A DNA stretch of 64,000 nt. Source: Verrucomicrobiota bacterium (GTDB taxonomy: Bacteria; Verrucomicrobiota; Verrucomicrobiia; Limisphaerales; UBA8199). Below are positions 25,498-36,591 of the stretch, one piece after another. The stretch spans positions 895 through 64,894 of the forward strand of contig JBEKJO010000012.1 in the NCBI GenBank assembly GCA_050011195.1. The letters are read 5' to 3'. Below the pieces are notes generated by a model. The model made no database searches. It had not been told where the DNA came from and saw nothing but the letters and a program-made list of their open reading frames with translations. The number at the start of each line of letters is the position of its first letter. Positions within the stretch are counted from its first letter, which is position 1. Made by a program: the position numbers and the translations under genes.

Positions 25498-26661
25498 TTG
25501 TTCCCCCCCGCTCACGATGCCATGATCGCGGCCAGAAACGTTGTGGCTAAACATCGCACCATGCCGGGCGGGGAGACTGCGGACTCCGGCCAATCCGCGC
25601 CGCAGGTGCTGGAGCGGCTCGTGCACCAGGCCGAGCGCGCCCGGGCCAGTGATATTCACCTCCACATGCGCGCGGGCTGCGCGTCGGTCGCCTTCCGGCT
25701 CGACGGCGTGATGACCCCCACGACGGAGTTGCCGGGGGCAATCGCCGAACGGGTCTTTGGCCGCATCAAGTTCCTGGCCCGGCTCAAGACCTACCAGGAG
25801 TCCCTGCCCCAAGATGGCCGCATTGACAAGGCCGCTCTCAACGCCCGCACCGACATCCGCGTCGCCACCTACCCCACCGTCACGGGTGAGAAAATAGTCC
25901 TCCGCCTGTTCGACAACGCCGGCATCCAAACCCTCGACGAACTGGGTTTCCCTGCCGAAGCCAGGGCGGAATTGGAACGCTTCCTGCGCCAAACCGCCGG
26001 CCTGTTGCTGCTGACCGGCCCCGCCGGCAGCGGCAAGACCACGACCATTTACGCCTGCCTGCGCCACCTCGCGGAGCACGGTGGCCGCCATATCATCACC
26101 GTCGAAGACCCCGCCGAGCAAATCATCCCCGGCGTCATGCAAACCGAGGTGAACGAAGCGCGCGGCCTGGATTTCGCCAAGGCCGCCCGTCATCTCCTCC
26201 GGCAGGACCCGCAAGTCCTCGTGATCGGGGAGATTCGCGATGAGGAGACGGCCAATATCGCCGTCCGCGCCGCCCTCACCGGCCACCTGGTTATTTCGAC
26301 CCTCCACGCCGGCTCTTGCCAGGGCGTCTTTGAACGGCTCCTCGTGCTCTGCGCCGATCACTCCGCCGTGGCTTCCTCACTGGAGTTGGTCCTTAACCAG
26401 CGCCTGCTCCGCCGCCGTTGCGCCGAGTGCTCCGGCAAAGGCTGCCCGGCCTGCCTGGCCACCGGCTATCGCGGACGGCTGCCCCTCGTCGAATGGCTGC
26501 GCCTCAACGATTCCCTCCGCCGCCGCATCGCCGCGCGCGACCTCGATGGTCTCGCCGCCCGCCCAGCCCTCGCCGAGAGCGCCCAGGCACTCGTACAGGC
26601 CGGATTGACCACCGAGGCGGAGGTCGCCAGGGTGCTCGGATTCCCAAGCGCCACGCACTGA
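25498..26661 (+). CDS. Type II secretion / type IV pilus assembly ATPase (GspE/PilB family, short form)
   Basis: Walker A GPAGSGKTT, Walker B/Asp box VLVIGEIRDEET, His box LTGHLVISTLHA and the tetracysteine CAEC..CPAC. The ORF-track start is TTG; internal ATGs are possible. Confidence 0.9.
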   Translation: MFPPAHDAMIAARNVVAKHRTMPGGETADSGQSAPQVLERLVHQAERARASDIHLHMRAGCASVAFRLDGVMTPTTELPGAIAERVFGRIKFLARLKTYQESLPQDGRIDKAALNARTDIRVATYPTVTGEKIVLRLFDNAGIQTLDELGFPAEARAELERFLRQTAGLLLLTGPAGSGKTTTIYACLRHLAEHGGRHIITVEDPAEQIIPGVMQTEVNEARGLDFAKAARHLLRQDPQVLVIGEIRDEETANIAVRAALTGHLVISTLHAGSCQGVFERLLVLCADHSAVASSLELVLNQRLLRRRCAECSGKGCPACLATGYRGRLPLVEWLRLNDSLRRRIAARDLDGLAARPALAESAQALVQAGLTTEAEVARVLGFPSATH

Positions 26662-26693
26662 TCGCCAGGCGTTAGAGCCGCGCTGCTCTGGAC

Positions 26694-26721
26694 CTTCGGA
26701 TTTCGGGCTTCGGATTCCCGA
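26694..26721. repeat. 7-nt tandem repeat, 4 units (cttcgga tttcggg cttcgga ttcccga)
   Basis: Read directly, in the GspE-GspF intergenic region. Confidence 0.85.
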
Positions 26722-26839
26722 CCAGGCACCCCCCCTTCGCCGGGCGCGGTCTTCAGCCCCAGCACGAAAACTTCTCGCGTGACGATCCACGCCCTCCCCT
26801 GTCGAATCTTTCAGTTGATGATGTATTTGGATTAATTGC

Positions 26840-27829
26840 ATGAACTACGACGAATTTGCCTTCTTTAACCAGCAACTGGCGGCGATGCTCCGCGAGGGCA
26901 TCCCGCTGGAAGGGGCGCTCAAACAGTTATGCGCCGGGATGCGGTCCGGCCCGTTGCGGACCGAGGTCCAGCAATTGGAAGCGGACCTGGCCCGCGGCAC
27001 CCCGCTCAAGGAAGCCCTGGCCCGGCGCGCCCTTCCGGACCTCTACCGCCAGATGGTCCAGATAGGCGCCCGCAGCAACGACCTCCCCGGCGTGCTCACC
27101 TTGCTGGCGGACCATTACCACCGCGCCAACGCCCTCTGGACCCGCCTCAAAGGACTGATGGTCTATCCGCTGCTGGTCATCCTCGTATCGTTGGGGCTGA
27201 CCTTGCTGGTTTCGCTGAACTTCAGCCGCTTCACGTCCCAGTTCTTCGGGCAAATCGCCCCGCCGCCCTTTCTCTCCATCCCAATGATGTGGATGCCGCC
27301 CGTCGTTCTCGCCTTCGCCGCGCTGCTTGGGTTGGCCGCAGTTTCCATCCCGAGCTGGCGCGCCCGCCTGCGCTGGCGTCTCCCCGCCTTCCGCGAAGCC
27401 AGCCTCGCCCAGCTCGCCTCGGCCATGGCCCTCATGCTCAAAAACGGCACCACCCTGCCCGAGGCGCTCGCGCTGGCGGAGGCGGTCGAAAGCGCCACGC
27501 CCGCCGGCAAAGCCCTCGCCCGTTGGCGGCATCTGGTGGAAGCCGGCCAGGGCAAACCGGCCGAGTGGACCGGTGACAGCCGCCCGTTCCCGCCGCTGTT
27601 CGTCTGGCTGGTGCAAAAGGGCGGCGAGGACGTGGCCGCAGGGTTCCAGAAAGCCGCCGAAATCTACCAGGCCCGCGCCTCATACCGGATCGAACTTGCC
27701 CTGTATGGCGCGCTGCCCGTCTCGATCCTGCTGCTGGCTCAGATGGTTCTATGGCAAGCCGTGCCGCTGCTGCGATCAATGATTTGGCTCATGGATATGC
27801 TCGGCGGTACCGGCGGCGGTGCAGATTGA
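26840..27829 (+). CDS. GspF/PilC-family inner-membrane platform protein (paralog 1)
   Basis: T2SSF-type pattern FFNQQLAAMLREGIPLEGAL...LARGTPLKEAL...LYRQMVQIGARSNDLPGVL followed by TM segments. A second repeat is present: LASAMALMLKNGTTLPEAL. Confidence 0.8.
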   Translation: MNYDEFAFFNQQLAAMLREGIPLEGALKQLCAGMRSGPLRTEVQQLEADLARGTPLKEALARRALPDLYRQMVQIGARSNDLPGVLTLLADHYHRANALWTRLKGLMVYPLLVILVSLGLTLLVSLNFSRFTSQFFGQIAPPPFLSIPMMWMPPVVLAFAALLGLAAVSIPSWRARLRWRLPAFREASLAQLASAMALMLKNGTTLPEALALAEAVESATPAGKALARWRHLVEAGQGKPAEWTGDSRPFPPLFVWLVQKGGEDVAAGFQKAAEIYQARASYRIELALYGALPVSILLLAQMVLWQAVPLLRSMIWLMDMLGGTGGGAD

Positions 27830-27835
27830 CCAGCC

Positions 27836-29032
27836 ATGAGCGAAAGCTTCCTACAACTCCTTCATTCCGACCCGCTCCAGGCCATCGCCACGGCGGCCCT
27901 GGCCTTCGTGGTCTATCTGCTGCTTGGCCTGCTCCCGGTCTGCGGCGTCACTTACGTCATTTACTTTCTGTTCACCCTGCCCCTCCGCCGCAACGAACGC
28001 GCCCGAATGTTCCTGGACTTGCTCGAACTTGGTTTGCGGGAAGGCCGCACGCCGGAAGCTGCTATCGTCGGCGCCGCCGCCAGTCGTGACCGTTCGCTGG
28101 GCGTCCGCTTCCAACTGCTGGCCGCCCACCTCGAACAGGGATCGCGGCTCAGCCAGGCGCTCGAACAGGAGCCCCGGCTCCTCCCGCCCCAAGTCCGGGC
28201 CATGCTCAAGACCGGCGAACGCATCGGCGATATGCGGAAGGTGCTGCCCGCCTGCCGCCTGCTCTTGCGGGACAGCGTCTCCTCTGTGCGCGGGGCGCTC
28301 AACTACCTCATCCTCTTGGCCTTCGCTGTCACACCGGCGATGGCCGTTATGCCAATCCTCTTCAGGATATGGGTCTTGCCCAAGTTCAAAGAGGTCTTTG
28401 CCGGAATGCTTGAAAACCAGCAGTTGCCGGCATTCACCCGGCTGGTCTTCGCGGGAAATGGCATCACCACGGCCATTCAGCTCGGGATCGTGGGAATCAT
28501 CTGGCTGGCCACGCTGGCTTATTTGGGCGGACCACGGTTGCACGCTTGGTTGCACCCCGTCTTCCCGGGCGCGCAGGATTGGATGCTTTCCCGGCTCCCG
28601 TGGCGGCGCAAACGTCTCCAGCGCGATTTCTCGGCCATGCTCGCCGTGCTGCTCGACGCCGAAGTGCCTGAAGCTGAAGCGGTCAGCCTCGCGGCCCAAT
28701 CCACCGCCAACCTCGCCGTCATCCGCCGGGCGCAGAAAGTCCGCGCCCTGCTCCAGCAGGGAGTCAAACTGCCCGAGGCCATGCGCGCCCTGGACAACTC
28801 GCACGAATTGCAGTGGCGGCTCTCCAATGCGCTGCGCCGCGGCGCCGGTTTCGTGCGCGCCCTCACCGGCTGGCACGAGGCCCTCGATGCCAAGGCGTTT
28901 CAGTTGGAACAGGCCGCCGCCCAGGTCACCACCACCGTTCTCGTGTTGGTCAACGGGCTGATCGTCGCCAGCTTCATGATCGCTGTGTTTTTGGTCCTCA
29001 TCACCCTTATAAACGGAGCTGCGCTATGGTGA
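27836..29032 (+). CDS. GspF/PilC-family inner-membrane platform protein (paralog 2)
   Basis: LDLLELGLREGRTPEAAI...LEQGSRLSQAL...VRAMLKTGERIGDMRKVL and a second repeat FSAMLAVLLDAEVPEAEAV...LQQGVKLPEAM, with TM segments. Confidence 0.8.
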   Translation: MSESFLQLLHSDPLQAIATAALAFVVYLLLGLLPVCGVTYVIYFLFTLPLRRNERARMFLDLLELGLREGRTPEAAIVGAAASRDRSLGVRFQLLAAHLEQGSRLSQALEQEPRLLPPQVRAMLKTGERIGDMRKVLPACRLLLRDSVSSVRGALNYLILLAFAVTPAMAVMPILFRIWVLPKFKEVFAGMLENQQLPAFTRLVFAGNGITTAIQLGIVGIIWLATLAYLGGPRLHAWLHPVFPGAQDWMLSRLPWRRKRLQRDFSAMLAVLLDAEVPEAEAVSLAAQSTANLAVIRRAQKVRALLQQGVKLPEAMRALDNSHELQWRLSNALRRGAGFVRALTGWHEALDAKAFQLEQAAAQVTTTVLVLVNGLIVASFMIAVFLVLITLINGAALW

Positions 29033-29526
29033 TCCCGAACCCATTCTGCATGAACCAGCTTGCCGGGGTTCCCCTCGCCCATCGGATGCAAGAGGGGCCA
29101 GGGGTGAGGGCCAATTCCCTGCCTGCCATCAACTCTCAACTCTCAACTCTCAACCACCTCTCCGCCAGGCGCCGCCGCCAACGCGGCGCCCTCATGGTCG
29201 AGTTGCTCGTTGCGATGGCGCTGCTGGCCGGCGTCTTGCTGCCCGTTGCCTACTCCTTGACGTCGGAAAGACGCCTCGCGCGCGCCTCCTACCAGCGGGC
29301 CGTGGCCATGGAAATCGTGGACGGAGAGATGGAGGCCCTGCTGGCGGGCGAATGGCGTGCTTTCACACCGGGCGTCCACAACTACCCTGTTCACGCTGGC
29401 GCCGCCACTAACCTGCCGCCTGGCCGGTTCATGCTTGCCCTCCAGCCAGGCAAGCTCCGACTCCAATGGCAGCCGGCACTCAAAGATCACGGCGGCCCCG
29501 TCACCCGGGAGGCGGTGCTCAAATGA
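29026..29526 (+). CDS. Pseudopilin-like protein (prepilin-type N-terminal motif); start uncertain
   Basis: RRRRQRG/ALMVELLVAMALLAGVLLP fits a Gly cleavage site with Glu at +5 and a hydrophobic helix. In-frame ATG 29026 overlaps the upstream stop. Later ATG or GTG starts are possible, and the heptamer repeat lies inside the putative leader. Confidence 0.6.
   Translation: MVIPNPFCMNQLAGVPLAHRMQEGPGVRANSLPAINSQLSTLNHLSARRRRQRGALMVELLVAMALLAGVLLPVAYSLTSERRLARASYQRAVAMEIVDGEMEALLAGEWRAFTPGVHNYPVHAGAATNLPPGRFMLALQPGKLRLQWQPALKDHGGPVTREAVLK
29129..29156. repeat. 7-nt tandem repeat, 4 units (tcaactc x3, tcaacca)
   Basis: Read directly. Confidence 0.9.
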
Positions 29527-30053
29527 AGACTCAACCATTGCGCCTGCGGCAGGCCCCTTGCCCCGGCCAACGCGCCTACCTCCTCATCGAGGCTCTCGTC
29601 TATATCAGCGCGGTATTCGTGCTGCTCGGAGCCGGCTACGCCGCCATGTATCACTGCATTGACAGCTCGGTTGCCCTGCGCCGCAACGCCGACGACATCA
29701 CCAGCGCCCTCCATGCCGGCGAACGGTGGCGAGCCGACGTGCGCTCCGCCACCAGCCAGGCCCGGTTGGAAAGCACGGCTGCCGGCCAGCTTTTCTACCT
29801 TGAGAGCGCCAGCGGCACAGTCGCCTATCGTTTCGCCACCAATACCGTGACCCGCCGCGTCGGCGCCGGCCCCTGGGTGCGCCTCCTGCCCAATGTGAAG
29901 TCCTCGACCATGACATCCGATCCGCGGGAATACGTAACCGCCTGGCGCTGGGAACTCGAACTCGAGCCCCGCGCCAAGGGAAGCGTTAAGCCGGGCCGTG
30001 TCCGCCCCCTGTTCACCTTCATCGCCGTCCCCGAACGGCCCTCAAGCAAATGA
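29523..30053 (+). CDS. Pseudopilin-like protein (prepilin-type N-terminal helix)
   Basis: MKTQPLRLRQAPCPGQRAYLLIEALVYISAVFVLLGAGY. The ATG overlaps the upstream stop (ATGA). Confidence 0.6.
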   Translation: MKTQPLRLRQAPCPGQRAYLLIEALVYISAVFVLLGAGYAAMYHCIDSSVALRRNADDITSALHAGERWRADVRSATSQARLESTAAGQLFYLESASGTVAYRFATNTVTRRVGAGPWVRLLPNVKSSTMTSDPREYVTAWRWELELEPRAKGSVKPGRVRPLFTFIAVPERPSSK

Positions 30054-30328
30054 AACTGCCTTCCCTTCACGCGTCACGCATCACGCCTTACGTTTCACTC
30101 CCCCGCCGTCGCCAGGCCGGTTCAGCCGTGATTGTCGTTATGGCGCTTCTGGCTATCATTCTTGTTTACCTTGCCGCCAATCTCCGCACCCTCGACAGCC
30201 TCGGGCGCGAGTTGAAACTGCTTGAACGCCAGCAAACCCGCCGCCTCCAGACCGCCACCGCAACGACCAATTCACCATCCGCCACTACTGTCGGCACCAA
30301 TTCCGTTCCGAAGTCCCCTCCGAATTGA
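30050..30328 (+). CDS. Small single-pass membrane protein (pseudopilin-operon member)
   Basis: The ATG overlaps the upstream stop (ATGA). RRRQAGSAVIVVMALLAIILVYLAANL is followed by a short coiled segment. A heptamer repeat lies within codons 6-17. Confidence 0.5.
   Translation: MKLPSLHASRITPYVSLPRRRQAGSAVIVVMALLAIILVYLAANLRTLDSLGRELKLLERQQTRRLQTATATTNSPSATTVGTNSVPKSPPN
30066..30100. repeat. 7-nt tandem repeat, 5 units (ttcacgc gtcacgc atcacgc cttacgt ttcactc)
   Basis: Read directly. Confidence 0.9.
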
Positions 30329-30330
30329 CC

Positions 30331-30393
30331 AATCACCAGTCACTAATCACCCATTACTCCATCACTCCAGCACTCCAGCACTCCACCCCCCCC
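30331..30393. repeat. Composite short tandem repeats: 7-mers (aatcacc agtcact aatcacc cattact), then 8-mers (cactccag x2, cactccac), then a C8 run
   Basis: Read directly. The block ends at ATG 30394. Confidence 0.85.
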
Positions 30394-30642
30394 ATGCCGC
30401 GCATCATCGTAATCCGCCAATCCCTGACGGCCTTCGTCTGCGGCCTGTTTGGTTTCCTGCCGGTCATTGGCATCGTGCCCGGGCTTTACGCGTTGTTTTG
30501 CTGGAGACGTATTCGCACCCGCTACCCCAAGGAGTGGAATCCAGCCTCCGCCTACCTGGATTGGGGCGTCCGCCTGGCCCTGCTCGGCTTTGGCGCTTCG
30601 GCCCTGATCGTCTCCGCCGCCATCGTGAACTCTGGCCAGTAA
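30394..30642 (+). CDS. Small integral membrane protein (two TM segments)
   Basis: MPRIIVIRQSLTAFVCGLFGFLPVIGIVPGLYALFCW...VRLALLGFGASALIVSAAIV. An alternative TTG start at 30325 overlaps the upstream stop. Confidence 0.5.
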   Translation: MPRIIVIRQSLTAFVCGLFGFLPVIGIVPGLYALFCWRRIRTRYPKEWNPASAYLDWGVRLALLGFGASALIVSAAIVNSGQ

Positions 30643-31129
30643 GTTCGTCGGGCTGAGGCACTCTTCGGTTCAGCCACAATGAAGGCAGCATCATACTTCG
30701 CCCTTGGACGGCGCCCTGGGTTCCCTGGGAGTGGTTTTCTATTTGCGGATGCCATAAGCTTTTCGGCGCTGGCGCGCCCGGGCAGCCAGGGCGCGACAAG
30801 GGAAAACGAAAAAGGCGCGCCAGCCAAAAGCCGGCGCGCCGTGAACTCAGCGCAATACCACCCAAGAGCTGCGCCTAGTTCCACTCAGGCGCGTTTGCCT
30901 GAACCGCCCCGATAGGACCAGTCAAAACGCGCCTGAAGCCATTTGCAGAAGGCTTGAGCAGGACGCCCAAACCGGCTGGACGGCAGCCTCCGCCACTGCA
31001 TCATGCTGCGCGATGTGTGCTTTCTACATACGCTCTACACAGGTTTTGCTGAAATCCAAGCCCACTGAAAACTCATAAGCCCCGCATTCTAAAGGGACAA
31101 AGTGAGGTTTTGCCGGGGAATCCACTCTC

Positions 31130-32542
31130 TTACACGTCGTAGTAGAGGAAAAACTCATAAGGATGGGGCCGCAGGCGCAACGCATCGTGCTCCTTGCGCT
31201 TGGTCGCTACCCACATGTCAATGAAGTCCATGGTGAACACGTCGCCTTTGAGCAAAAACTCGTGGTCCTTCTCCAGCGCGCTAATGGCCTCCTCGAGACT
31301 GCCCAGAATCTGCGGCACTTTGGCCATCTCTTCGGGCGGCAATTCGTAAAGGTTCTTGTCCATCGGCTCACCCGGGTCCAGCTTGTTCTGAATCCCGTCC
31401 AACCCCGCCAGCAGCATCGCTGCAAACGCCAGATACGGATTGGCCGCCGGGTCCGGCGGCCGATACTCCAGGCGCTTGGCCTTGGGATTATCGCTGTAAG
31501 TCGGGATGCGGATGGCCGCCGAACGATTGCGCGAACTGTAAGCCAGGTTCACCGGCGCTTCATAGCCCGGTACCAGCCGCTTGTAACTGTTGGTCGTCGG
31601 GCTGCAAAAGGCGCACAAGGCATGGGCGTGCTTCAAGAGCCCGCCGATATAATGCAGCGCCATCTTGCTCAAGCCCGCATACTCGTTGCCGGCAAAGAGC
31701 GGCTTGCCTTTCTTCCACAAGCTCTGATGGGTGTGCATCCCGCTGCCGTTGTCCCCAAAGAGCGGCTTGGGCATCAGCGTCACCGTCTTGCCGTGCTTGC
31801 GGGCCACGTTCTTCAACACATACTTATAGACCATCATGTTGTCGGCCATCTTGACCAGCGTGTCGAATCGGATGTCTATCTCCGCCTGGCCCGCCGTGGC
31901 GACCTCATGGTGCTGCTTCTCAATCTGCAGCCCCAACTCCTCCATCACCAGGCACATCTCGGTCCGAATATCCTGCTGCGTGTCGGCCGGCGCGACCGGG
32001 AAATACCCTTCTTTGTGCCGAATCTTGTAACCGGTGTTGGGCGACTCCTCCCGGCCGGTGTTCCAGATGCCTTCCACGCTGTCCACGCTGTAACCGGTGC
32101 CGTTGGATTTGGCGTCAAACTGCACGTTGTCAAAGATGAAAAACTCCGCCTCCGGCCCAAAGAAGGCCTGGTCGCCAATCCCGGTGGAGACCAGATATTT
32201 CTCGGCCCGCTGGGCGATGCCGCGCGGGTCGCGAATGTAGGCCTCTTTGGTCCCGGTCTCGGCAATCGTGCAGGTCAGGCTCAGGGTCGGCACTTCGCAG
32301 AACGGATCGATAAACGCCGTCGCCGGGTCCGGCATCGCCAGCATGTCGGAGGCCTCGATGCTCTTCCACCCCCGGATGCTGGAGCCGTCAAAACCCAGCC
32401 CCTCGGTGAAGACTTCCTCCGTCAACTCCCGGATCGGACAACAGAAATGCTGCCAGGTGCCAAAGGTATCGACAAACTTGATGTCCATCATCTTGGCCCC
32501 GGTCTTCTTTGCTAACTCAACTACGCTCTTGGGTGTGTTCAT
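31130..32542 (-). CDS. glnA: Glutamine synthetase, type I
   Basis: A full-length GS-I pattern: [33 protein letters not shown] and the adenylylation-site context [10 protein letters not shown]. Confidence 0.95.
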   Translation of the reverse strand: MNTPKSVVELAKKTGAKMMDIKFVDTFGTWQHFCCPIRELTEEVFTEGLGFDGSSIRGWKSIEASDMLAMPDPATAFIDPFCEVPTLSLTCTIAETGTKEAYIRDPRGIAQRAEKYLVSTGIGDQAFFGPEAEFFIFDNVQFDAKSNGTGYSVDSVEGIWNTGREESPNTGYKIRHKEGYFPVAPADTQQDIRTEMCLVMEELGLQIEKQHHEVATAGQAEIDIRFDTLVKMADNMMVYKYVLKNVARKHGKTVTLMPKPLFGDNGSGMHTHQSLWKKGKPLFAGNEYAGLSKMALHYIGGLLKHAHALCAFCSPTTNSYKRLVPGYEAPVNLAYSSRNRSAAIRIPTYSDNPKAKRLEYRPPDPAANPYLAFAAMLLAGLDGIQNKLDPGEPMDKNLYELPPEEMAKVPQILGSLEEAISALEKDHEFLLKGDVFTMDFIDMWVATKRKEHDALRLRPHPYEFFLYYDV

Positions 32543-32579
32543 GTCTTAGTATATTTAGTTTTCGTTTTGTTCGTGATCG

Positions 32580-32627
32580 AGGCGCCACGCCCGCCGCCGC
32601 CCCCTGCGGTGGACCGGCATGGCGCCT
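32580..32627. other. GC-rich hairpin (8-bp outer stem aggcgcca/tggcgcct) in the amtB-glnA intergenic region
   Basis: Read directly. No U-run follows on either strand. Confidence 0.5.
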
Positions 32628-32633
32628 GCGAAA

Positions 32634-34609
<1,976 letters not shown>

Positions 34610-35166
34610 TTAATTGCACACCCTGGGTCCTCAACACATGATTCCACGTGACTATTCTTGTCCGCCGACCCCCTGAGCAGCACGGATGCCAACCTGATCC
34701 GCTACCAGAGGGCCAGGCCAAAAGGCCTGATTTCATTGGGGAATTTGGCTGCCGGGATATTTCCCGGGAAGGCGCAGGCGTGTTGAGATTTGCGCAGCAA
34801 GGCAATTCTCAGCCAGCACCTTCTAGACGCTCCAGAGTCCATGAAATTGTAGCCGTCGCCGACTACGGGTTGGATCCTCCCGGACCGTAACGGCGCATTT
34901 CGACACTGCCCCCGGACCGCGAGCCGTCCCTGGCTCGCAGCCGCCACCCATGCGAAACGGCGATCGAACCTCTGGTCCGTTCCCTGCACGGTCGAACGTG
35001 CTGCGAGCCGGGGACGGCTCGCGGTCCGTGACCCGTGGGGGCGTTCTCACTCTTTGGGGGCAGTGCCCGGATACGCCCGAGCGTGATGAGCCACAAGGTC
35101 GCCGTTGACAATAGTCGCCGTTCGGCTACCGTTGCGCGCTCTGAATAATTGATTGGACCTTGATTT

Positions 35167-35430
35167 ATGCCGAATACGAAGTCAGCCGAACGCCGCATGA
35201 GAAACAGCGCCCGCAAGAACTTGCGCAATCGCAGCACCAAGTCGCGTCTCCATACGCTCGAGATGAATTACCTCGAACTCCTCTCCGCCGGCAAAAAGGA
35301 CGACGCCGCCAAAGAACTGCGGACGCTCAGTTCCGCTTTTGACAAGGCCGCCAAGTCGGGCGTCCTGCATCGCGCCACGGCCGACCGCAAGAAATCACGC
35401 CTGGCCCTTCGTCTGGCCAAGGCGAAATAA
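35167..35430 (+). CDS. rpsT: 30S ribosomal protein S20
   Basis: MPNTKSAERRMRNSARKNLRNRSTKSRL...HRATADRKKSRLA. Confidence 0.95.
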   Translation: MPNTKSAERRMRNSARKNLRNRSTKSRLHTLEMNYLELLSAGKKDDAAKELRTLSSAFDKAAKSGVLHRATADRKKSRLALRLAKAK

Positions 35431-35461
35431 GCGGTCTCAACCAAAAATAGGTCCTGACCCT

Positions 35462-36244
35462 TTAAGCCGGTTTGGAAACCGGCGCCCCGGCCCGCCCAAC
35501 GGGCGGGAACAACTTGCACCCCAGCAGCCCCATCCGGGCCAGACGAAAACGCAACCCCGTCCCCAGGCAACCCAACCCATACGGGATGCTCCGCCGCAGG
35601 TTGATGGAAGACGCCTCGGCAAAGTACTTCGTCGGGCAGCTTACCTCGGCAATCGTGAAACCGTGCCACAGGATTTGCGCCAGCATCTGGTTGTCGAACA
35701 CAAAATCGTCCGAGTTGTCCGCCAGGCGCAGCTTCTCCAGGACCTCCCGCGAGAACGCCCGATAGCCGGTGTGGTACTCGGACAACTTGGCCCCCAGCAG
35801 AATATTCTCCGCCAGCGTCAAGCAGCGATTCGACACGTACTTCCAAAACGGCATCCCCCCCCGCAAAGCGTATCCGCCCAGAATCCGGCTGCCCAGCACG
35901 CACGGATGCAGCCCGTTGCCGATGATTGAGACCATCGCCGGAATCAGCTTCGGCGTGTACTGATAATCGGGATGAATCATGATGACGATGTCCGCCCCCG
36001 CTTCCAGCGCCAGCCGGTAACACGTCTTTTGATTTCCCCCGTAGCCTTTGTTCACCTCGTGGACGTGGACCTGCACCCCCTCCAGGCCCCGCGCGACCGA
36101 CACCGTGTCATCCCGGCTGCCGTCGTCCACGAGGATGATGCCGTCCACCAATCCCTGCTCCCGCACCTCCGCGTATGTTTGACGCAGCGTCCGGGCCGCA
36201 TTATAGGCCGGCATCACCACCACCACTTTCTTGTCCCGATACAT
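35462..36244 (-). CDS. Family 2 glycosyltransferase (dolichyl-phosphate sugar synthase-like)
   Basis: VVVMPAYNAARTL, ILVDDGSRDDT and IVIMIHPDYQY. Confidence 0.85.
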   Translation of the reverse strand: MYRDKKVVVVMPAYNAARTLRQTYAEVREQGLVDGIILVDDGSRDDTVSVARGLEGVQVHVHEVNKGYGGNQKTCYRLALEAGADIVIMIHPDYQYTPKLIPAMVSIIGNGLHPCVLGSRILGGYALRGGMPFWKYVSNRCLTLAENILLGAKLSEYHTGYRAFSREVLEKLRLADNSDDFVFDNQMLAQILWHGFTIAEVSCPTKYFAEASSINLRRSIPYGLGCLGTGLRFRLARMGLLGCKLFPPVGRAGAPVSKPA

Positions 36245-36591
36245 AAATCTGCCGGGGAAAATGCCTGACCCCGCCCCCGGTTGAGAAGCCTAAAATGCCC
36301 CCCATGAAACATGTGCGCGCCTTGATACTGCCGCTATGGGATTCCCGGCGAAGGTACCCCTGACCTGTTTGGGCAACGCCGCACAAGAGCCCCTCAACCC
36401 AGCATGAGTTGCATCGCTGGCTGTTGACTCCGCACTTCGCATTCCAACGTGAGGCCAAGGAGGTGGGTCGCTTCCTCAGTGTCGAGGTGGGGACGGAGAG
36501 CGCCCGGCTCCGCCTCGACACTCTAACCGGGTCCGGCTCCCTGATAGGCGGTGTGACGGGGTGTACAACAGGCAATTAAAAACAGAGCGGC

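Noticed and set aside
28813-29025. N-terminal 71 codons of ORF 28813..29526 (GTG start) as part of the pseudopilin-like gene
   Set aside because: This part lies entirely inside the second GspF-like gene in another frame and is Arg/Pro-rich. The plausible start is at or after ATG 29026.
24802-30393. Possibility that the short tandem repeat blocks are CRISPR arrays
   Set aside because: The units are 7-9 nt and directly abutting, with no spacers. The blocks are 28-63 bp long and there are no cas genes.
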